A stretch of DNA of 64,000 nt. It comes from an uncultured Spirochaetales bacterium. Its GTDB lineage: Bacteria; Myxococcota_A; UBA9160; SMWR01. The translations under genes were made by a program, and so were the position numbers. The notes under the pieces were generated by a model. That model was not told the origin of the DNA. It saw nothing but the letters and a program-made list of their open reading frames with translations, and searched no databases. Within the stretch, counting starts at the first letter, position 1. Every line of letters begins with the position of its first letter. Below are positions 35,408-44,062 of this stretch, piece after piece. The stretch lies in NCBI GenBank assembly GCA_964649065.1, contig CAZYOL010000001.1, forward strand, positions 1,752-65,751, written 5' to 3'.

Positions 35408-37651
35408 TCAGTCGCTTCCAGTGGGGCTGGATGCTTCGCGGGGTGCCGCAAGCGCCGCAGGGCCGCGCCGAGCGGGCTCGAGCCGGGCCGGGGCCGAGCT
35501 CCTGCGCAGCCGGCGCAGCTCGGCGACCGCGACCACGGGAAGCTGGGCGATGGCCGGGGCCAGGGCCCGGCCCGGCGAGCCGCCGGCGGACTCGATTCGC
35601 AGCCACTCGCGGGCCACGTCGAGGAAGCCCCGCGACCAGGGGTCGCTCGGGTCCAGGCGCATCAGCTCGCGCGCCTCGGCCAGCGCTTCGGCCCCGCGGC
35701 CCAGCCGGATCCAGGCGTGGACGCGCCGGCGCCGCGGGGCCTTGGCGCGCGGGCGCAGCGCCACGGCCTCGGCGTCGAGGCGCAGCCCCTCCTCGTAGCT
35801 GCCGAGCAGCGCGTGGAGCAGCCCGAGGGCCTCGAGCGCCCGGGCCCGCGACAGCGGCCCGCCGCCGCGGGCCGCCTCGAGCTGGGGCAGGTGCTCGGGG
35901 ACCCAGCCCTGGCGGAGCGCCCAGTCCGGCCGCTCGCGCAGCACCGCCGCCACGTCGAGGCCGCGTGCCGTGTCGAAGGGCACTCCCTCGCGCTCGTAGT
36001 AGCGCCGCACCCGCTCCAGGTTCTCGCGGCCATCGGGACCGCGGCGCAGGTAGACGGCGTCTTCGAAGGAGCGCCAGACCAGCATCCAGCCCGGGTCTCC
36101 CTCCAGCTGCGCGGTGGTGTAGGTGCGCCGCTGACCGGGGAGCGCGGGAGTGGGAGCGCCCACGCCCAGGAAGACATCGATCTCGCGGCGCTCGAGGACC
36201 TGCTGCCAGCGCTCCCCCCGCGAGTCGCGGGAGCGCGAGAGCACCGCGAAGTAGTCGAGCAGGACGTCGGACTCGATGTTCAGCCGACCGTCGATGAAGG
36301 TGCGCGCGTCGGGCGCGACCCAGTAGTCGAGGAAGCCGCCCATGGCGTAGGCGTTGAAGAGCCGGCCGCGCAGGCCGCTGTCGCGCAGGAAGCGGACGGC
36401 GTGGGCGTGGAAGCCCTCGGGCAGCCAGGGCAGGGCCAGGTACTCGGCCGGTCGCTCGGGGAGGGCCCGCAGGGCCGACGCCATGCCGCCGCGGCTCGGC
36501 AGCAGCAGCGCCGCCGTCAGGGCCGCCGCGGCCAGGCCGACCTCGAGGCCGACTCGCGGCAGCCCGCGCTCCGCGAGCTGCCGGGACGCCACGCGCAGCG
36601 AGAAGAGCAGGGGGAAGAGGGCCAGCCACAGGAAGCGGTGCGAGCCGAGGATCGCCACCACCGACGCGGCGCCCAGGCCCAGGCGCAGCGGGTCGGCCGC
36701 CAGCAGGCTCGCCGCGTCGCGCTGGCGCCAGACCCGCCCGGCGCCGGCGAGGGCCGCGATCGCGAAGGCGACCCCGATCGCATCGGCCGTGACCCAGGCC
36801 AGCGGGCTCAGGCCGCCGACGTCGCGGCGCCAGGAGAAGGGGTCGAAGGGCGTCCACTCGTCGCCGATGCGCCACAGCTCGAGGCCGGAGGACGCACGCA
36901 CGAAGGTCAGCAGCGCCTCCGGGCCCTTGGGGTTCGCGAGGGTCGCGGCGAGCCCGAGGCCCAGGGCCAGGGCCAGGGCCGCGGCGCTGGCCCCGGTGCG
37001 GAGCCCGCGGCGCTCCCGCGGATCCAGGAGCAGGCGAGCCGCCAGCTCGCGAAGCCCCAGACCCAGCAGCGCCGCCACGCCCAGGGCCAGACCCACCGCG
37101 AACAGCGAGTGGACGTTCACCCAGAGGCCGAAGAGCAGCGGGCAGAGGGCGATCCGCAGCCGCGACACTGGACCGGCCGGCTCGAAGAGCAGCCGGGTGA
37201 GGAGCAGGGTCGCCGCGATGCTCAGCAGATCCGGGCGCAGCTGGAAGAGCCGGTACCAGGACAGCACCCCGAGCAGGGCGACGCCGGCACAGGCCAGCGT
37301 CCAGCTGCGCGACTCGCGCCGCAGCAGGTCGAGGGCCAGCAGCCCGATGCCCGCGACCCCCAGAACGTGGAGGGCGCGCAGGCCGTGGAAGCCCCCGACC
37401 TGGAAGGCGCCGTGGAGCGCCACCTCGAAGAGCCACTCGTGGGGGTCGGGGGCGCCCCGCGCCGTGTGCGAGAAGGGGTCCTGCGCCAGGGTCAGACCGC
37501 CCTCGCGGACGAAGACCTCGCCCAGGGCCAGGTGCCACCAGAAGTCGGCGGTGAGGATCGGGGCCCCGGCCAGCCACAGCACCCGGCCCGCGACCGCGAG
37601 GGCCGCGGCCAGGCCCGCGGCGAGGCCGAGGCGACGCAGCCAGGGCAGCAC
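35408..37651 (-). CDS. large polytopic membrane protein with C-terminal TPR-like domain (function unknown, GT-C-like?)
   Basis: GTG at 37651. About 12 to 14 hydrophobic helices (ILTADFWWHLALGEVF, HEWLFEVALHG, LWVNVHSLFAVGLALG...). Soluble middle domain, then helical repeats ARALEALGLLHALLGSYEEGLRLDAEAVALRP...GAEALAEARELMRLDPSDP. Confidence 0.75.
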   Translation of the reverse strand: MLPWLRRLGLAAGLAAALAVAGRVLWLAGAPILTADFWWHLALGEVFVREGGLTLAQDPFSHTARGAPDPHEWLFEVALHGAFQVGGFHGLRALHVLGVAGIGLLALDLLRRESRSWTLACAGVALLGVLSWYRLFQLRPDLLSIAATLLLTRLLFEPAGPVSRLRIALCPLLFGLWVNVHSLFAVGLALGVAALLGLGLRELAARLLLDPRERRGLRTGASAAALALALGLGLAATLANPKGPEALLTFVRASSGLELWRIGDEWTPFDPFSWRRDVGGLSPLAWVTADAIGVAFAIAALAGAGRVWRQRDAASLLAADPLRLGLGAASVVAILGSHRFLWLALFPLLFSLRVASRQLAERGLPRVGLEVGLAAAALTAALLLPSRGGMASALRALPERPAEYLALPWLPEGFHAHAVRFLRDSGLRGRLFNAYAMGGFLDYWVAPDARTFIDGRLNIESDVLLDYFAVLSRSRDSRGERWQQVLERREIDVFLGVGAPTPALPGQRRTYTTAQLEGDPGWMLVWRSFEDAVYLRRGPDGRENLERVRRYYEREGVPFDTARGLDVAAVLRERPDWALRQGWVPEHLPQLEAARGGGPLSRARALEALGLLHALLGSYEEGLRLDAEAVALRPRAKAPRRRRVHAWIRLGRGAEALAEARELMRLDPSDPWSRGFLDVAREWLRIESAGGSPGRALAPAIAQLPVVAVAELRRLRRSSAPARLEPARRGPAALAAPREASSPTGSD

Positions 37652-37695
37652 GCGCCGAGCCTATCCGCGGGCTCGGCCCCGCGCCGGGGCTGGGC

Positions 37696-39057
37696 TCAGG
37701 CGAGCGACGGGCGTCCGCGGAGCAGCAGGCCGCCGATCACCAGCAGCGCCACGGCCAGGCCGACCAGGCCGGCGGTGCCCGAGGCCGGCACCAGGGGCGC
37801 CGCCTCGCCGCTCGCCACGAAGACGCCGGTCTCGCCGTTCGAGAGCGTGGCCAGGAAGACCACCGAGCCCGCGTCGCTCGTGTCGAGGAAGCCGAAGCCG
37901 GTGTAGGTGGCACCGCCCGTGTCCGGAGCGATCTCGCCGGCCTGCACCAGCGGCTCGAAGGCATCGAGGTGGCGGCGGTAGCGGAAGACCCCCGCGGCCG
38001 ACCCGGTCGAGGTGATGGGCAGGGCCAGGTCGCCGGCCGGGTCGATCGGGATCATGCTCGGAATGGCGGCCACGCTGCCGCCCCCCGCGCCGGGGTACGG
38101 ATCTCCGGAGCCGAGGACGCGCTGCGTCTCGCCTGCCCGGTGCAGGAAGACCCCGCCCTCGTTGCCCGACTCGTCGAAGCCGGCCAGGAAGACCAGCTGG
38201 CCCGCGTCGTTCACGCGCGGGAAGATCAGGTCGTAGTAGCTGGCGCCGTCGGAGTCGGGGGCCGGGTCGCCGACGTGGGCGACGAGCCGCGTGCTGCCGC
38301 TCGGCGTCCGGTGGAAGAGCCCGCTGGCTGCCGGTCCGGCCGCCAGTGTGGCCACGTAGGCGGCGTGCCCGCTGTCGCTGCGATCCGCGTACCGGAAGTC
38401 CACGAGCGAGCCGCCGCCGGGCGCCGCATCGCCCTCCAGCGCCAGCGCGCTGGCCGTGGCGCCCGAGCGCTGGAAGAAGCCGACGCGCCTCTCGTCGCCC
38501 GGCACGACGACCTTCGACACGAAGGCGTGGACCGCCGAGGCGCTGTCGTAGCTGTGGAGGTCCCAGCTGCCGCTCGGGTCGAAGCTGCCTCCGGGAGGGC
38601 TGGGCGCCGGGTCTCCGCCCATCAGGAGCATCGCGTCCGGCCCCGGGCCGCTGTCGAGGAAGACGCCCCAGATCGAGGTCTCGTCGAGGGCGACGGAGAA
38701 GTAGGAGACCGCGCCGGCTTCGTGCACCTGGGGGAAGCCCCCGAAGAGAAAGTGGGTGCCGCCGCCGGGAGCGGCCTCCCCGGTGAGCGCGACGCTCTCG
38801 AGGACTCCCCCCCGCCGGGCGAAGACGCCGCCGGTGTGGAGAGCCCCGGTGACCTCGGAGGAGAAGGTCACGTCTTCGGCGTCGTTGATCGAGACGCCGA
38901 GAAAGCTGGCCACGAAGCTGCCGCCGCCCGGCGCCGGCTCGCCGGAGACGGCGACCTTGCTGACCTCGGCGGCCCGGGAGTCTGCGGCCGAGAGCGCCGC
39001 CAGCGCCGCGCCTGCGGCCACGGTGATGCGCGCGATCCTTCCGAGCTGGGCATGCAT
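37696..39057 (-). CDS. secreted seven-repeat (about 55 aa each, beta-propeller-like) protein with PEP-CTERM-like variant anchor
   Basis: ATG at 39057 after GGAGGAG. Signal peptide ends in SAADSRA. There are seven repeats of G[DE]xAPGGGxF...[ND]xxGxVxFxAxL...GVF. C-terminus VPASGTAGLVGLAVALLVIGGLLLRGR. Confidence 0.8.
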   Translation of the reverse strand: MHAQLGRIARITVAAGAALAALSAADSRAAEVSKVAVSGEPAPGGGSFVASFLGVSINDAEDVTFSSEVTGALHTGGVFARRGGVLESVALTGEAAPGGGTHFLFGGFPQVHEAGAVSYFSVALDETSIWGVFLDSGPGPDAMLLMGGDPAPSPPGGSFDPSGSWDLHSYDSASAVHAFVSKVVVPGDERRVGFFQRSGATASALALEGDAAPGGGSLVDFRYADRSDSGHAAYVATLAAGPAASGLFHRTPSGSTRLVAHVGDPAPDSDGASYYDLIFPRVNDAGQLVFLAGFDESGNEGGVFLHRAGETQRVLGSGDPYPGAGGGSVAAIPSMIPIDPAGDLALPITSTGSAAGVFRYRRHLDAFEPLVQAGEIAPDTGGATYTGFGFLDTSDAGSVVFLATLSNGETGVFVASGEAAPLVPASGTAGLVGLAVALLVIGGLLLRGRPSLA

Positions 39058-39194
39058 CGGCAGCTCCTCCGCGAGAAACGAGCTGCCCCGCTTATCGGCC
39101 CGCGCGCGCAGCGGGCTGAAGCCGCGCTGCCGTGACTGCCGGTCCGTGGAGGTCGAAGCGTGGCGTGGTCCTGGAGCGCGGCCTGCGCCGGGCC

Positions 39195-39983
39195 CTACCA
39201 GAGCAGGGTGTCGGGCAGATAGCGCGCGGCGAGGTCCTCGTAGTAGGGCCGCAGCTGCGCCGGGTCGGGTCGGGAAGCGCCCTTGGAGTAGAGGTCGTGG
39301 CGGGCGAACTCGCGAACCGCCGGCATCAGGCGGCGATCGCGCGCGTCCATCAGCTGGCCGTAGGCCCCTTCGCGGTGCGCGGCCTGGAAGGAGTGGTAGC
39401 GGATCAGGTAGAGCGGCTCCTCGGGGAGGTAGGGCCCCAGCACCCCGTAGAGGTACTCGTCGTGCCCCCAGGACAGGTGCACCTGGTCGAGGCCACAGCC
39501 CTCGGCGTAGATCCCGCAAGCAGTGCTGAACGCGGCCACCCCGCGGTCCGGGTTGGCGGCAAAGAGATCGGCGTGGACGATCCGATCCGAGAAGGCGCAG
39601 CCCACCGGGAAGGTGTCGCCCACCACGGCCCACTGCGGCTCGCCGAAGAGGTGGAGCAGCTTGCCGAGGTCGTGGACCAGGCCGGTCAGGACCCACAGCT
39701 CCGACCGTCCCTCCGCGCGCAGCGACTCCGCGGTCTGGAAGGCGTGCTCCAGCTGCGGAAGCTGCAGATCCGGATCGCTGGCGTCCACGTAGCGGGCCAG
39801 CGCATCGAAGGCCTCCCAGAGGCCCATGCGCCGGCGCCGCGGCGGGAGGAAGGCCGCCTTGCGTTCGAGCACGAAGCGCAGGGTCTGCTGCTCGTGGTTC
39901 TGGCGGTACAGCTCGCGCACCCGCTGGTCCGCGTCGGCGTAGTTGCGGAAGGCCCTGCCGGAGCCCGGCCCCGCTGCGGCCAC
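39195..39983 (-). CDS. myo-inositol oxygenase (MIOX, HD-domain di-iron oxygenase)
   Basis: GTG at 39983 after GGAGGG plus a 6-nt spacer. FRNY..., LVHDLGKLLHLFGEPQWAVVGDTFPVGC, LSWGHDEYLY, IRYHSF, HDLYSK and LRPYYEDLAARYLPDTLLW match mammalian MIOX almost block for block. Confidence 0.85.
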   Translation of the reverse strand: MAAAGPGSGRAFRNYADADQRVRELYRQNHEQQTLRFVLERKAAFLPPRRRRMGLWEAFDALARYVDASDPDLQLPQLEHAFQTAESLRAEGRSELWVLTGLVHDLGKLLHLFGEPQWAVVGDTFPVGCAFSDRIVHADLFAANPDRGVAAFSTACGIYAEGCGLDQVHLSWGHDEYLYGVLGPYLPEEPLYLIRYHSFQAAHREGAYGQLMDARDRRLMPAVREFARHDLYSKGASRPDPAQLRPYYEDLAARYLPDTLLW

Positions 39984-39997
39984 CCTGCGCCCTCCCG

Positions 39998-40519
39998 CTA
40001 CTCCGTGTCGGGGCTCGCGAAGCCGGCTTCCGACTCGGGGAAGCCCAGGGCCTCCGCCCAGCCGGCGGGCTCCTCCTCCGGCTCCGGCTCCTCGATGGCC
40101 AGCTCGCCGGTCCACGGGATCTCGTCGATCAGCTCCTCGTCGCCGCCCTGGGAGCGGGCAGCGGAGCCGGAGGAGCTCAAGGCCTCGATCAGGCTGAGCT
40201 TCTCCTCCAGCAGGCCGATCTGCTCACGCATGTAGACGATCCCGCCGCGGATCGACTCCAGGCGCTCGACGTAGCCGCCCGTCTGGGCGTCCGAGCTCTC
40301 GAGCTGCTCCTCGAGGACCGCGACGCGGGCTCGAAGCTGCTGCTGCACCTGGTGCTGCTGGAGCAGCAGGTAGCCCGCTCCGACCAGGACCAGGAAGAGC
40401 AGCAGGTAGGCGAAGAAGCCGCCGCCGCCCTTGTCCGAGGGCGCCGAGGACGCGGCGGGAGGGCCGCCGGGCGCTGCGCCGGAGGGCGGGTCGCTGGGGG
40501 GCGAAGGGGGGGTGGACAT
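39998..40519 (-). CDS. membrane-anchored coiled-coil protein with acidic C-terminal tail, unknown function
   Basis: Pro/Ser/Gly-rich N-terminus, one TM helix (FFAYLLLFLVLVGAGYLLL), heptad-like LRARVAVLEEQLES...EQIGLLEEKLSLIEAL, then the tail EEPEPEEEPAGW. Confidence 0.6.
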   Translation of the reverse strand: MSTPPSPPSDPPSGAAPGGPPAASSAPSDKGGGGFFAYLLLFLVLVGAGYLLLQQHQVQQQLRARVAVLEEQLESSDAQTGGYVERLESIRGGIVYMREQIGLLEEKLSLIEALSSSGSAARSQGGDEELIDEIPWTGELAIEEPEPEEEPAGWAEALGFPESEAGFASPDTE

Positions 40520-40595
40520 CGCGTGGGACCTCGAGTGGGAATTTCGACGCGAGTGTCTGGGCCGCCTCCCGAGGTGTCAACCCCGGGGGGCTGCC

Positions 40596-41204
40596 TCAGC
40601 CCTCGTCGGGCACGGCGCGGATGGCCGCCGCGATCTCGCGGCTCAGCTGGCCGGCCACCCGGCTCATGGCGCCGACCGAGTCGGCGTAGTCGTCGCCGGC
40701 GCTCGGCTCCACCAGCCTCGTGCGCTGCATCGCCACGCGCTTTCTCGGGTCGTGGCTCCACAGCGTCCAGCGGGCATCCAGGGTCACCGAGCCGTCCTGG
40801 CCGCGCTCGAAGCGCTCGACGTCGATGGTCACCCGCAGGTCGTCCCGGGCCGACTCCTGCCAGGGGAAGGCCCGCACCTGGGCCTCGGGCAGCAGGGCAC
40901 TGAGGTTCTCGGTGATCACCCGCGCCAGGCCCCGATCCAGGTCTTCGCCCCAGCGGTGCTCGTCGGAGACGCTCAGCTCGTGATCGCCCACTCGCGTCAC
41001 CAGGCCGCTGCGGCGCAGGTAACGCGGCAGCTGGATCGGGCCGACGCCGATCGCGAGGCCGGGCTCCTCGGGCGCAGCCCCCTCGGCCCGGCTCACCGGG
41101 CCCAGCACGTACTCGCGCACCTGGATGCCCGGGCTGGCGCAGCCCCCCCACGGAGCCGCGAAGAGCAGGAGGGCCACGGCGCTGGCCATCGATCGAGGTC
41201 TCAC
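40596..41204 (-). CDS. PqiC/DUF330-type ABC-transport auxiliary lipoprotein
   Basis: GTG at 41204 (GTGA overlap) gives MRPRSMASAVALLLFAAPWGGC. VGPIQLPRYLRRSGLVTR, HRWGEDL, and VTIDVERFE...VTLDARWTL are typical of the DUF330 family. Confidence 0.8.
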   Translation of the reverse strand: MRPRSMASAVALLLFAAPWGGCASPGIQVREYVLGPVSRAEGAAPEEPGLAIGVGPIQLPRYLRRSGLVTRVGDHELSVSDEHRWGEDLDRGLARVITENLSALLPEAQVRAFPWQESARDDLRVTIDVERFERGQDGSVTLDARWTLWSHDPRKRVAMQRTRLVEPSAGDDYADSVGAMSRVAGQLSREIAAAIRAVPDEG

Positions 41205-42142
41205 GGGCTCTTCTCCGCTCCGCGGCCGAAGACCACGGAGCTCGGGTTGCGCTCGACGGTGTCGGCCAGCAGCCGGATGGCCCGCGCCGCCTCGGCCAGC
41301 TCTTCGAGGGTCTGGCCGAGCTGGTAGCGCAGCTCCGAGCCGGGCTGGACGGCGCCGTCCAGGCTGACCAGGGTCTCGCGGGCCTGGTCCAGGGCCAGCA
41401 CGGCCGACTCGGCGATCGGCCCGACCTCTGTATCGAGATCCTCGATCAGCGTCCTGGCGGAGCGCGCCGCCTCGCCCGTCTCGTGCACCGCGACGCGCAT
41501 CTCGTCCAGCGTCTCGTCCAGATCGGAGATGACGGCCTTCAGCTGGGGCGAGCCCACCAGGCTGCGGACGTCGGAGATCGCGGCGTCCAGGTTGTCGACG
41601 ATCCTCTCGAGCGGGAGCTCCTGCAGCCGGCTCATCAGGGCGCGCACCGTATTCGAGACCTCCTGGCTCACCGAGGGGATGGTGGGCAGCTCGCGGTAGC
41701 TCTCGTGGAGGCCGAAGTAGTGGATCTCGGTGTCCGGATAGAAGTCGAAGCCCACATAGAGCTGGCCGGTCACCAGGCTCTGGAGCTCCAATCGCGCCCG
41801 CAGGCCCTTCGCCAGCATGAGCTTGAGCCAACGGCCCCGCTCGACGTCGCGCCCCGTCCGCTTGAAGCGATCCGGGTCGACGTCGATTACCACCTCGTTG
41901 ACGATCTCCTTGCTTTCCTGGCTGGCCACGGCGTTCACCTCGACCACGGAGCCGACCTCCACCCCGCGCATCTTCACCGGCGAGGCCACCGTGAGCCCGT
42001 TCACCGAGCCGTCGAAGTAGAGCACGTAGCGCTCCAGCTGGCGCAGCCAGGTGCCGCTGCCCAGGGCGACCACGCCGACCAGCAGCAGGACGACGGCGCC
42101 CACCACGAAGCCCCCGACCAGGCCGGGGTTGGCCTTCTTCAC
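41201..42142 (-). CDS. MlaD/MCE-domain protein with long helical C-terminal extension
   Basis: GTG at 42142 (GTGA overlap). N-terminal TM helix, MCE core YVLYFDGSVNGLTVASPVKMRGVEVGSVVEV...ARLELQSLVTGQLYVGFDF, then about 150 aa of helical region. Confidence 0.88.
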   Translation of the reverse strand: MKKANPGLVGGFVVGAVVLLLVGVVALGSGTWLRQLERYVLYFDGSVNGLTVASPVKMRGVEVGSVVEVNAVASQESKEIVNEVVIDVDPDRFKRTGRDVERGRWLKLMLAKGLRARLELQSLVTGQLYVGFDFYPDTEIHYFGLHESYRELPTIPSVSQEVSNTVRALMSRLQELPLERIVDNLDAAISDVRSLVGSPQLKAVISDLDETLDEMRVAVHETGEAARSARTLIEDLDTEVGPIAESAVLALDQARETLVSLDGAVQPGSELRYQLGQTLEELAEAARAIRLLADTVERNPSSVVFGRGAEKSP

Positions 42143-42909
42143 GTCTCCCCCCGGTTCAGGAAGGTGCGCACCTTCGGGTTGTCGCTGCGATCGCGCAGCT
42201 CCCGCGGGTCGCCGAGAGCGATCTGGGTGCGGGCCTCCGCGCACAGGAAGACCGAGCTGTCGGCGATGGTGAAGATGCTCTGCAGCTCGTGGGTCACCAC
42301 TACGATGGTGATGCCGAGGCTGTCGCGCAGCTCGAGCAGCAGGTCGTCGAGGCGCCGCGAGCTGATCGGGTCGAGACCGGCGGAGGGCTCGTCGAAGAGC
42401 AGCACCTCCGGGTCGAGGGCCATGGCGCGGGCCACTCCGGCCCGCTTCAGCATGCCGCCGCTGACCTCCGAGGGATAGAAGTCCTCGAAGCCCGCCAGCC
42501 CGACGAGGGCCAGCTTGAAGGAGGCCACGTCGCGGATGCGCTCCCTGGAGAGATCCGTGTACTCGGTGAGGGGCAGGGCGATGTTCTCCGCCAGCGTCAT
42601 CGAGCTCCACAGGGCACCGGCCTGGTAGGCGACGCCGAAGCCTCGCTTGAGTCGCTCCCGCTCCTCGTCGCTGGCGGACCAGAAGCTCTCGCCCGAGAAG
42701 AAGACGTCGCCCCGGGCCGGCTGCCGCAGGCCGATCATGTGGCGCAGCAGGGTGCTCTTTCCGCAGCCACTGTCGCCCATGATGACGAAGATCTGGCCGC
42801 GCTGGATCTCGAAGCGCAGGTCGCGCTGCACGACGAAGGAGCCGTAGGCCATGGTCAGGTCGCGCACCTCGATGTGCGGATCCGAGGCCAGCTGCTCGGC
42901 GGCCGACAT
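42139..42909 (-). CDS. MlaF-like ABC transporter ATP-binding protein
   Basis: Walker A GDSGCGKST, signature VSGGMLKRAGVARA, Walker B VLLFDEPSAGLDP. Confidence 0.92.
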   Translation of the reverse strand: MSAAEQLASDPHIEVRDLTMAYGSFVVQRDLRFEIQRGQIFVIMGDSGCGKSTLLRHMIGLRQPARGDVFFSGESFWSASDEERERLKRGFGVAYQAGALWSSMTLAENIALPLTEYTDLSRERIRDVASFKLALVGLAGFEDFYPSEVSGGMLKRAGVARAMALDPEVLLFDEPSAGLDPISSRRLDDLLLELRDSLGITIVVVTHELQSIFTIADSSVFLCAEARTQIALGDPRELRDRSDNPKVRTFLNRGET

Positions 42910-42910
42910 C

Positions 42911-44062
42911 TCAGAGCCCCAGCACGTCGTAGACCACCGTGAGGATGCCGCAGGCCACCACGATGAAGACGATCCCGGTGACCACGGCGGAGGTCGTGGC
43001 CTGGCCCACGGCGGCGGCGCTGCGGCCGCACTGCATGCCGCGCAGGCAGCCCGTCAGCGCCACGATCACGCCGTAGATGGAGGCCTTGAAGAGGCCGCCG
43101 CCGAAGTCGCCGTAGTGGAGGGCTCCCTGCGTCTGGAGCAGATACTGGTCGAAGCCCACGCCGAGGGCCGAGATGCTGACCAGCAGGCCGCCGACGATGC
43201 CCATGACGCTGGCGTAGAGGGCCAGCAGCGGCATCATCAGCATCAGCGCCAGCATGCGCGGCAGCACCAGGTACTCGGTGGGATCGATGCCCAGGGTGCG
43301 CAGGGCATCGATCTCCTCGTTGACCGTCATGGTGCCGAGCTGCGCGGCGAAGGAGGCCCCGGTGCGCCCGGCCATGATGATGGCGGCCATGATCGGGCCC
43401 ATGTCCCGTGCCATGCCGATGCCCACCAGGTCGGCGACGTAGATCTCGGCGCCGAACTGGCGCAGCTGGATCGCCCCCATGAAGGCCAGGATCAGTCCCA
43501 CCAGGGCGCTGATCAGCGACACGATGGGCAGCGCCTCGGCTCCCACCTCCTGCAGGATCGTCCCGAACTCGGTGCGCGGGAAGGTGGCGCGGCCGCGCAG
43601 TAGGCGTCCGAAGGCCAGGGTGGCCTCGCCCAGGAAGACCAGGAAGTCGCGCGCACCCGAGCCGAGCTCTCCGGTGGCCTTGCCGATGCGCACGAGCAGG
43701 GGATCTCGCGCCCCGCCCCGCCCGGTGTCCTTCTTCTCGGGCACGGCCTCGGAGAGGGCGATCAGCCTGCGCACGCCCTCGGGCAGGCCCTCGCGCTCGG
43801 TCTCGACCTGGCGCTCGGCGCAGCCGCGCAGCACCCCCCGCAGCCAGGTGAGCAGACCCGTGTCCCAGGCCGTGACGCCGCTGGTCTCGAAGCGCAGGCT
43901 CGCCGGGCGCCCGGTAGCCACCTCGTCGAGGATCGGCTCCGTCGCAGGCAGCTCGTCGGCGAGGCGCCAGCTCCCCGAGAGCCGCAGGATCAGTACGCCG
44001 GCTTCGGCTCGCTCGATGCTCAGGTCCGTGGCGCTCAGCGGGCCCTCCTCGCTGGGTCCCAT
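42911..44062 (-). CDS. MlaE-family ABC permease with fused N-terminal STAS (MlaB-like) domain
   Basis: ATG at 44062. N-terminal region of about 120 aa VLILRLSGSWRLADELPATEPILDEV...SLRFETSGVTAWDTGLLTWL. MlaE core MARDMGPIMAAIIMAGRTGASFAAQLGTMTVNEEIDALRTLGIDP. Confidence 0.88.
   Translation of the reverse strand: MGPSEEGPLSATDLSIERAEAGVLILRLSGSWRLADELPATEPILDEVATGRPASLRFETSGVTAWDTGLLTWLRGVLRGCAERQVETEREGLPEGVRRLIALSEAVPEKKDTGRGGARDPLLVRIGKATGELGSGARDFLVFLGEATLAFGRLLRGRATFPRTEFGTILQEVGAEALPIVSLISALVGLILAFMGAIQLRQFGAEIYVADLVGIGMARDMGPIMAAIIMAGRTGASFAAQLGTMTVNEEIDALRTLGIDPTEYLVLPRMLALMLMMPLLALYASVMGIVGGLLVSISALGVGFDQYLLQTQGALHYGDFGGGLFKASIYGVIVALTGCLRGMQCGRSAAAVGQATTSAVVTGIVFIVVACGILTVVYDVLGL

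Noticed and set aside
39984-40115. N-terminal 44-codon extension of the MIOX ORF (track ORF 39195..40115)
   Set aside because: The extension is Gly/Arg/Ala-rich and overlaps the 3' end of the well-formed coiled-coil gene. The GTG at 39983 has a GGAGGG Shine-Dalgarno and leaves an N-terminus matching MIOX homologues.
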